Below, piece after piece: positions 37,340 to 47,109 of a DNA stretch of 64,000 bases (position 1 is the stretch's first letter; every line of letters begins with the position of its first letter). Position numbers and translations under genes: made by a program. The DNA is from Neoechinorhynchus agilis (taxonomy: Eukaryota > Animalia > Acanthocephala): assembly GCA_051530055.1 (NCBI GenBank), contig CM121342.1, positions 4,463,489-4,527,488 of the forward strand, written 5' to 3'. The notes under the pieces were generated by a model. The model worked only from the letters and a program-made list of their open reading frames with translations. It was not told the DNA's origin and searched no databases.

Positions 37340-37830
37340 TCGAGCCAAAACTGGACGCATCAGGTGCAAGCAAAGTGTTGCCACTGCTCCAACACCGACC
37401 AGGGAATTCACGGCCTTGACTGCAAGCGTTCAAATTCTCGCCACGTAAGGCACTCAAAGGAAGCCCTCTCAACGGCCGGTTTTCCCGCTCGACTCGGACC
37501 AGTCGGACTATCCCGGAACGACGATAAACGCCCTGATGGTCCGGGAAAATACTCGTTTGGGATTTTACCTGCCCCAACACGCTCGCAGCATCCCAGTTAC
37601 GGGATGCCACTTCAAAGGCGGGAGCAGTCGCCAGCTTCAGCAAGGAAAAGAAGCTGCATAAATATTCCTCGCTCGATGGGCATCGATATGTATTCATCCT
37701 CGGAAACTAAGCCGATTATTTCCTTTTTCCCGACTGAGAAAGATGCCACCGGCGACATGCGCTCCAGCAGTTTCCTGATGCAGCGAATCAGCGCGGCGAT
37801 CAAGGAAGCTGCCGACCAATTATAACGTAT
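37340..37830 (+). mobile_element. CRE-like retrotransposon C-terminal remnant (zinc knuckle / REL domain)
   Basis: HGLDCKRSNSRHVRH..ALSTAGFPARLGPVGLSRNDDKRPDG and FLMQRISAAI. Confidence 0.75.
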
Positions 37831-38088
37831 GGGTAATGCGGATTCTCTCTTTCGAATGAAGTTTCCTAAAGCGCTAAAAAAGCAAACAATTTGACTGATC
37901 TCACCTTTTTAAAACCCATCGCACTTTCGATTGATTGTCAATCGTGTTTGTATCAAAATCCATCGATTTGAAAGTTGTCTAAATTCATGAATGAACCCGT
38001 TGATCACATTGTTTACGAAAGACAAGAAGTCGACTTAAATTTAACCGAAAAATCCTAGTTTTTTAATTTTAACAACAACAAACGCGAT

Positions 38089-40399
38089 ATGCTGAACTCT
38101 CCGCAATGGTACAGGATTTGCGGTTCAATTGAGGCGCATTCGAGCGACATTCGATGTGTGAGGTCGTTGCCTGATGCTCAACAGTCAATCTTTTTCACTG
38201 GTGGTCGCGATGGATTGGTTTGCAAATGGGTATTGAACCCGGAAACTCTGGAATTAACGTCTGATTGCATTGTGACTGAGCATTTGAATCGTTACATAAA
38301 CGCCGTTGCGGTGATCGATGACGGACAAGAACACTCGCAGACGATTGTGGTTATTGGTGGTAACGAAAACACCGTTGAAGGATACGGTCCAAAATGTGAG
38401 AAAGTGTTCACTCTTGAAGACCAAAAGGATACGATTTGCCATTTGAACTATTCATCGGGCACAAAACTCCTCACGAGCTGTTCATACGATCAAAGTCTAT
38501 GCATTTACGACGCTACTGACCGAAGAAATCCACGATTATTGGAGAAATTCTCCTATAATGATGATTGTGTTTGGTGCAGTGAATTTGTGGGCAATGTCCT
38601 CTTAGGAGGAACGTCGAATGGATCGATAGGTATTTGGAGATTATCAGATGAACATCATATTAGTTTTGATCAATTTTTATGTTCAATTCACTCGGATTGT
38701 GTCCGGGCGATTTGTGTGTTAAATGACAAGCAAAGGGCTGCGACGGCGTCCAATGATAAAACAATCGTTATCCTTAATTTGGAATCATTGGCAGTTGTCC
38801 ATCGACTTGAAGGCCATGAGCACAATATTTTCGATCTGATTGCGATTCATGACGATAGTGGCGAAAGCCTTGTGAGTGCCGGCGAAGATCATACCTTAAG
38901 AATATGGAGTACGGAGTTGGGAAAGGAAAAGCAAATTGTTCATTTGCCGGTAACGACCTGTTGGAGTCTTGCTTTCAGTAGATCGATATTAATGGCCGCT
39001 TGCAGTGACGGTATTTTAAGGATCATAGCTGAACGAAAACCTGAATCGCCTGATCTGGATAATGAATTTTTAAGTTTTGTGATGAACGCTCCGCGATTCG
39101 ACCGTAAAGGAATGCACGATCGACCCATAGGAAGGGGCCGGTTACAAGGAGATTATCAATATGTCATGGAATTGAATAGAGACGCTCCATTGACCATTGC
39201 ACAAATCCGTAGTCAAGTTAATCAGCTTAAAGGGTTCTTGAATTCCTTTCGGTTAAAAAAGCTGATTGTGCTTGTTTCGAGACGACTACTGGTCCCGCGT
39301 TTGTATCTTTTTAAAGTACGAATGGAAAAACGATCAATGGCGTCGTGTTGGTCGGTGCGTAAAATCCAAAGAGTTGCTTGATGAGGCGTTTGTGAGTGTA
39401 GACACTGAATGTTCAGATCAATTACATAGACTGAGGTTTAAGAAAGACGAGGATCCACATGAGGTTGCTAATCGATTTTTGACCGAAAACGAACTTCCTT
39501 TAAATTGCACTTCTCAAATCGTAGAGTTTGTTCAAAAACAGTGGCCTCAACATATGACCAGTATCGTTCCTTCAATGACTTATTTGAGTTTTACATCGAT
39601 GGAAGTCTGGAGAGAGATTGAACGTCTGCGAGTGGACACAAAACAGCCCAATGTACCAACGGACGCATTCATGACCACACGTGAACTAGATCAATTGGAC
39701 AAGGATCTCGAGAAAATGCGTGATCAGATGAATTGGAAGCCACAGGACGTAAACAAGATCCTGGATCGACTCATGTTCATCTGTAAAAGGTTCCCAGTGG
39801 AATACGTTTATCCGGCAATGGACGTTATTCGATGGATTCTGGTATGTGCTCCGTTTGACGTCCGGTATTGGGACCGCTTTTGCGATCTAAATCAAACCTT
39901 AAAAGCGAGGTATTTAAATGAAAACGTTCTAAACGGGATTGTATTTTTAAGAATAATATGCAATATGTTCCTTACTCCTAACGGAATCGATATCTTTGTG
40001 GAACATGCGGATTCTATTCTTGATGTGGCATACAACATTTACGATGACTGTATCGATGATATCAGAATGATCAATACGTTCATTTCCGTGTTCTATAACT
40101 ATTGTCTGTTTCATTATAAAACGGGAAACGGAGGAAAACGACTTCGATTGTTTATTGAAAAAGTAGATATTGGTGACGTAAGGACATGGAAAATGCTTTC
40201 TATAATCCTGTACATAAAAGGATACGCAACTGTACTTCTCGCACCTTATGAATCGATCGGCCTTACCAAAGAACCACTTCTAAAATTATGCTCCTCGATT
40301 CTTGAGGCGCGAGAATGGGAGAAAGGCTTAGATGATGTGCCACATCATTTGGGCGTTTTAAAAAAGACTCTTTGTGCCGTCCTTGAGAAATTTTTATAA
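38089..40399 (+). CDS. PLAA: Phospholipase A-2-activating protein / Doa1 (WD40-PFU-PUL)
   Basis: N-terminal WD40 repeats, KYEWKNDQWRRVG, PFU-like DEDPHEVANRFLTENEL and PUL-like YPAMDVIR. The frame change is best explained by a 70-nt intron at 39212-39281. Confidence 0.8.
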
Positions 40400-40616
40400 A
40401 ATTCCGGTATCTAAAGGGGCGTGTGCTTCAAACAACAAAAAGATGTAGAAATACACCGCAAATGACAGAGTCCACAGAATCGAATGACAGAGATTTAGCT
40501 AAAAAAAGAGTATTCCGAGATCAAAAAACAATCACAATTCCTTTCTCGATGATTAAACTGATTAATCTGTGCATTAGAGATTACCCTAAACGCTAGGTCC
40601 GATTGATTTTGGAGGC

Positions 40617-43567
40617 TTAAAAGAATGTATTGATTCCAGAGGCGCAATCTTTTATGCCTTTTGATCGAGGTTAATTATTAATTTAAAAATTTTGATTTAT
40701 ATAAAAACATAATTTAATCTTCAAACTTAATCTCACTTACCAATAAAAGACATGAAAAATTAAAAGAATGTATTGATTTCAGAGGCGCAATCTTTTATGC
40801 CTTTTGATCGAGGTTAATTATTAATTTAAAAATTTTGATTCATATAAAAACATAATTTAATCTTCAAACTTAATCTCACTTACCAATAAAAGACATGAAA
40901 AATTAAAAGAATGTATTGATTTCAGAGGCGCAATCTTTTATGCCTTTTGATCGAGGTTAATTATTAGTTTAAAAATTTTGATTCATATAAAAACATAATT
41001 TAATCTTCAAACTTAATCTCACTTACCAATAAAAGACATGAAAAATTAAAAGAATGTATTGATTTCAGAGGCGAATCTTTTATGCCTTTTGATCGAGGTT
41101 AATTATTATTTTAAAAATTTTATTCATATAAAAACATAATTTAATCTTCAAACTTAATCTCACTTACCAATAAAAGACATGAAAAATTAAAAGAATGTAT
41201 TGATTTCAGAGGCGCAATCTTTTATGCCTTTTGATCGAGGTTAATTATTAATTTAAAAATTTTATTCATATAAAAACATAATTTAATCTTCAAACTTAAT
41301 CTCACTTACCAATAAAAGACATGAAAAATTAAAAGAATGTATTGATTTCAGAGGCGCAATCTTTTATGCCTTTTGATCGAGGTTAATTATTAGTTTAAAA
41401 ATTTTGATTCATATAAAAACATAATTTAATCTTCAAACTTAATCTCACTTACCAATAAAAGACATGAAAAATTAAAAGAATGTATTGATTTCAGAGGCGC
41501 AATCTTTTATGCCTTTTGATCGAGGTTAATTATTAATTTAAAAATTTTGATTCATATAAAAACATAATTTAATCTTCAAACTTAATCTCACTTACCAATA
41601 AAAGACATGAAAAATTAAAAGAATGTATTGATTTCAGAGGCGCAATCTTTTATGCCTTTTGATCGAGGTTAATTATTAATTTAAAAATTTTGATTCATAT
41701 AAAAACATAATTTAATCTTCAAACTTAATCTCACTTACCAATAAAAGACATGAAAAATTAAAAGAATGTATTGATTTCAGAGGCGCAATCTTTTATGCCT
41801 TTTGATCGAGGTTAATTATTAATTTAAAAATTTTGATTCATATAAAAACATAATTTAATCTTCAAACTTAATCTCACTTACCAATAAAAGACATGAAAAA
41901 TTAAAAGAATGTATTGATTTCAGAGGCGCAATCTTTTATGCCTTTTGATCGAGGTTAATTATTAATTTAAAAATTTTGATTCATATAAAAACATAATTTA
42001 ATCTTCAAACTTAATCTCACTTACCAATAAAAGACATGAAAAATTAAAAGAATGTATTGATTTCAGAGGCGCAATCTTTTATGCCTTTTGATCGAGGTTA
42101 ATTATTAATTTAAAAATTTTGATTCATATAAAAACATAATTTAATCTTCAAACTTAATCTCACTTACCAATAAAAGACATGAAAAATTAAAAGAATGTAT
42201 TGATTTCAGAGGCGCAATCTTTTATGCCTTTTGATCGAGGTTAATTATTAATTTAAAAATTTTGATTCATATAAAAACATAATTTAATCTTCAAACTTAA
42301 TCTCACTTACCAATAAAAGACATGAAAAATTAAAAGAATGTATTGATTTCAGAGGCGCAATCTTTTATGCCTTTTGATCGAGGTTAATTATTAATTTAAA
42401 AATTTTGATTCATATAAAAACATAATTTAATCTTCAAACTTAATCTCACTTACCAATAAAAGACATGAAAAATTAAAAGAATGTATTGATTTCAGAGGCG
42501 CAATCTTTTATGCCTTTTGATCGAGGTTAATTATTAATTTAAAAATTTTGATTCATATAAAAACATAATTTAATCTTCAAACTTAATCTCACTTACCAAT
42601 AAAAGACATGAAAAATTAAAAGAATGTATTGATTTCAGAGGCGCAATCTTTTATGCCTTTTGATCGAGGTTAATTATTAATTTAAAAATTTTGATTCATA
42701 TAAAAACATAATTTAATCTTCAAACTTAATCTCACTTACCAATAAAAGACATGAAAAATTAAAAGAATGTATTGATTTCAGAGGCGCAATCTTTTATACC
42801 TTTTGATCGAGGTTAATTATTAATTTAAAAATTTTGATTCATATAAAAACTAATTTAATCTTCAAACTTAATCTCACTTACCAATAAAAGACATGAAAAA
42901 TTAAAAGAATGTATTGATTTCAGAGGCGCAATCTTTTATACCTTTTGATCGAGGTTAATTATTAATTTAAAAATTTTGATTCATATAAAAACATAATTTA
43001 ATCTTCAAACTTAATCTCACTTACCAATAAAAGACATGAAAAATTAAAAGAATGTATTGATTTCAGAGGCGCAATCTTTTATACCTTTTGATCGAGGTTA
43101 ATTATTAATTTAAAAATTTTGATTTATATAAAAACATAATTTAATCTTCAAACTTAATCTCACTTACCAATAAAAGACATGAAAAATTAAAAGAATGTAT
43201 TGATTTCAGAGGCGCAATCTTTTATGCCTTTTGATCGAGGTTAATTATTAATTTAAAAATTTTGATTCATATAAAAACATAATTTAATCTTCAAACTTAA
43301 TCTCACTTACCAATAAAAGACATGAAAAATTAAAAGAATGTATTGATTTCAGAGGCGCAATCTTTTATGCCTTTTGATCGAGGTAAGTTATTAATTTAAA
43401 AATTTTGATTCGTATAAAAACATAATTTAATCTTCAAACTTAATTTCACTTACCAATAAAAGACATGAAAAATTAAAAGAATGTATTGATTTCAGAGGCG
43501 TAATCTTTTATGCCTTTTGATCGAGGTTAATTATTAATTTAAAAATTTTGATTCATATAAAAACATA
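40617..43567. repeat. Very homogeneous AT-rich tandem array, 143-bp unit, about 20.6 copies
   Basis: AAAAGAATGTATTG starts at 40619, 40762, 40905 and onward. Central copies are essentially identical. Confidence 0.98.
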
Positions 43568-43628
43568 AAAAATCCTTCCCCCTGGCTAAATGCTTAGACA
43601 GTAAAACAAATGTAATGGTTGTCGTTCT

Positions 43629-46615
43629 TCAGACGGGTACTACAACTTTGTCTGCAACGATCTCAAGCAGCTCTGGGCACTTTTTCTTCCAATTCTTCAC
43701 ATCTTTACTAACGGTGCACCATTCGATTCCATGCCGCGGTTCGGCTTTAACACACGCTTCCTTCACTCGGGCCTGGCTCTGTTCATCACCATGAATAATC
43801 TCGAATTTAAGCATGTGAGCATAGGCGTCCCCGAAATCACTGTTTAACCGGATACATTTGTCGAACCAATCTCTAGCTTTATCGATAGAAAGTTTGCTCC
43901 AGAAAAAGCGAGCAAGTGCAAGTAACACAACAGGATCGTCTTCGCAGTACTTCATTGCGTCCACGCATTTCGTTTTTCGTTTACTTTCAGTTTCCATAAA
44001 AATGGCTTCTGCTCGTAAAATGCCAGAATGTGGACAATCTTGAATAGCTCTGGCCAAAAGACTGTCAGCGTAGTGACGATTTCCTGAACGGATTTCCATA
44101 CGAACAGACTCGAGCCACAGTTCCGGACACTTGGGATTCGAAATACGAGCCCGTTCAAGACTTGCTCTCGCTCGAATCACTTTTCCGGTGTAACGCTCGT
44201 CATTTCTGGCATTTAAACGAAATGCCCTCAAATGTGTGTGAGAAGGGAGTTTGTTCGATTAAGATGAAATCTCATTGAAGATGTGACCCACAGCCCATTA
44301 GAGGATATTCCATTCCTTAGAGAATATAAAGAGGTACACAATGAGGACAATGTTTAATTCCGGACGCAAACGCTTGCCCGGCATCGGTGAATTTCTCCAT
44401 TATTTGCAAAATTTGCCCTTTCATCATCCATAACTTTGCGAATAAGGGAAATTTAGACAATCCTTGGTCGACGTGTTCCAATGCTCGCTCAAGCTCTCCT
44501 AAACACCACTCCAATTTGGCGGCCTTCATAAAAACTCGACCAGTCGGTGCACTTTTACCCGCTTTTTCAAGTAATTTCCTCGCTCGTTCATGCTCATGGT
44601 TTTCGCTTTCGAGTTTTACAGCAGCAAGCCATATTTCCTCTGAATTAGGATTTGCTGAAAATGCGTTAGCCAATACCTTACGTGCGTTCGTTACATCATT
44701 GGCGATCCATTTCGATTTAGCCAGCATTAGCCAAAGGACTTCTGAGTCAGAGCAATGAGTGACGGCTTGGGCGAGCAAACACTCGAGAGCTTCTCTATCG
44801 TTCTGAGAACGTTCAAAATAAGCAGCCTCAAGCCAAAGATCGAGTCGTTTAGGGTGCTTAGCTAAAGCTAACGCGAAAATTCGACGAGCACATTCTGGAG
44901 CTCCTTCATTGGCACATGTATTCGCATCCTCAAGCCACGTCTCAACCTCGTCCTCATCACTTTCTATTCCAATGGTTGCTACGACGTTAATAATCGATCT
45001 CGCAGTCTGAAGACATTCTGTCTTTTCTACATCCATCGCGTCTTGTAGCCATTGATCTCGATTAATCACAACCATATTGGCTTTCAAGGACGCAACCGCT
45101 CGGTCAATTATCTTATCGACCATCTTAAGATTCCCGTGAGCTTCTTCTAATTTTGCTGCCATGAACCATATTTGCCGATCTGTAGGGATATTCTCACGAG
45201 CTCTATTAAGAACAGATTTGGCCTTCTCGTAGGTTTCTAGTCTCGCCAAAGCCAACCAAAGGTCAACGGATGTTGGGCAGCAAGTTACAGCTCGTGAAAG
45301 CATTATCCGAGCGTCGGATTCGTTCTCAAGTTCAACCGCAGTTTTCCAAAGTTTAACTGAATCAGGAACCGATTCCAGTGCACGGCGAAGAACGCGCTTT
45401 TTTGACTTTAGATCCATTTCTAAATCTGTAGCTTTAGATCAGGCATCGGCAACAAATATCCCATTGACAGAAAAGAGAGAGAAAATGGTTGTTCAATTGT
45501 AAACATAAAACTGAAATCAAAGTGTTGCCGACTCCCTGGGAATTAATCCACAACCTTACAGATTGTGGAAGATTCTGAACGGCCTCTACTATAATCTTCT
45601 TACTTGCTTCCTTCGGCATTAGTCGAATTGCTTCCATCCAAACGTCCTCACTTTTCGGGCACATTTCAGTGCCTTTCATTATGAGAACTCGACTAGCCTG
45701 AACCTTACCTACAACCTCCTCTAACCTAGCACTTGCAATCCAAGCTGGTCCATGTGAAGGATTCGTCTCCCTGACTGACTTTAGAAGCAATCTTGCCTTC
45801 TTAACATCACTTATATCTCCACTGTACTGAGGAAGCATTGACTGAAGGTTAGTTAGGTACCCTTTCGGATCAACAACTGTTTGACCAGTCACTGAATCAC
45901 TGACTTGATTAAGCTTCATGTCCATTAACGTATTCCGAGCTTCTCCGATTCTCTTCATATCGATGTCATCAATAGAAGTCCTAGTTCCATCAATTGGATG
46001 AACGACAGGACGAGTATTGTGCATAATCAACAAAGTATCAGGGACGGGCGTGAACTTCTCAGCTCGGGGATTTCGTTGTCGTTTATCTCGACTATCTCCC
46101 ACCTCAGGAATACTCAACCATTCATCATAACTAACATTGGCCAGTTTTCGTTTTAAATCACTTAACTGTTGTTGAATCTTTGGACGCTCCTGTCGGAATT
46201 TCTCTACTTCTTCCCTGAACCTACGTTCACGACGATCTTTCCGCTGTTCATCCATCCGACGATCGATCCCATCGTACACTGAATCAGCCTCCTCGTCGTC
46301 CTTTTCGTAAGGATCGTTTTTAAATAGACTACCGCCGTAACCGAACTCTTCGTCAAAATTAGCATCGTTCAAGTCTTCGTCGTCATCGTCAATTGGAGGC
46401 GGTTCGTCACCTGACGGACCCGGTGGTCGCTTCCTAAGCGTAAAAGCATGCCGTTCATCAGTAACATCACCTGATTCGCGAGCTGGACCAATATCCGAAC
46501 GAGTTGTAAACCCAGTGGCACCACGACCTAAGCCAGGAACGTATCCGAGCGGTGCAGGCATTCCAATGAACGCCTTTTTCTTTTTATTCATCAAATACGC
46601 CGATGTTGTCGACAT
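43629..46615 (-). CDS. PRPF6: Pre-mRNA processing factor 6 (U5-102K), three exons split by two non-canonical introns
   Basis: [41 protein letters not shown] repeats and C-terminal [18 protein letters not shown] at 46615; introns at about 45434-45542 and about 44213-44318. Confidence 0.95.
44213..44318 (-). other. Non-canonical hairpin intron 2 of PRPF6 (106 nt; AA..AA, AG..AA or TA..TA depending on register)
   Basis: Interrupts PLYIL|(Y/N)[16 protein letters not shown] and contains stops. There is no GT or GC donor between PLYIL and the in-frame TAA. Stem GGAATATCCTCTAATG / CATTTGAGGGCATTTC. Confidence 0.8.
45434..45542 (-). other. Non-canonical hairpin intron 1 of PRPF6 (109 nt; TT..AA, flanked by a TAA direct repeat)
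   Basis: Removal gives [26 protein letters not shown]. Arms CAGGGAGTCGGCAACA / TGTTGCCGATGCCTG. Confidence 0.75.
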
Positions 46616-47109
46616 ATCTAAAATGATTTCTGAAACAAAAAATGGAAAAAAATTCAGCCGTCTATATATTAAGGAATACTGAAACATTTTGTTGCTTTTA
46701 AGTTGCTTGTCGAAATACTTGAAAGTTAAGCAACACCGATTAAACCAGAGTCATTTTAAAAAATTCCATTGTTTTGTATTCTTTTTTCCAACAATCTCTC
46801 GAGGGTTCATAAGCGACCTAAACAACAACAAAAACTAACAACAAACCGAATATAATCGTCAATAATGCAAAAATGTTAAACATTTACAAAAATTCAAAAA
46901 TGGGAACATCTACATCTTTCATTAACAAAAAGGAGTTAACCTTAACACAAAATCGTATTTCAACCAAATCTAATAAAAAAACCCTAAAGCACATAGACCC
47001 TAAGCATAAAAGATGATCAAACCAAAAATTATGATATTTCCAATGATCAATGGATGAATTTTTTAAGTAAAATCAAAACGATTCTTCCGTGAACGAATGA
47101 ACGAATCAC

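Noticed and set aside
43858-44758. Antisense ORFs over PRPF6 (and similar ones over RFC2, PLAA and the actin-like gene)
   Set aside because: Shadow ORFs of real coding strands.
44317-45436. Stop-codon reassignment or readthrough to explain the PRPF6 and UBE2W breaks
   Set aside because: The breaks also change frame (+1) and add 52-109 nt with no homology. Genes end normally at TAA, TAG and TGA.
23836-45542. U12-type (AT-AC) introns
   Set aside because: There is no RTATCCTT 5' motif or TCCTTAAC branch site at any register.
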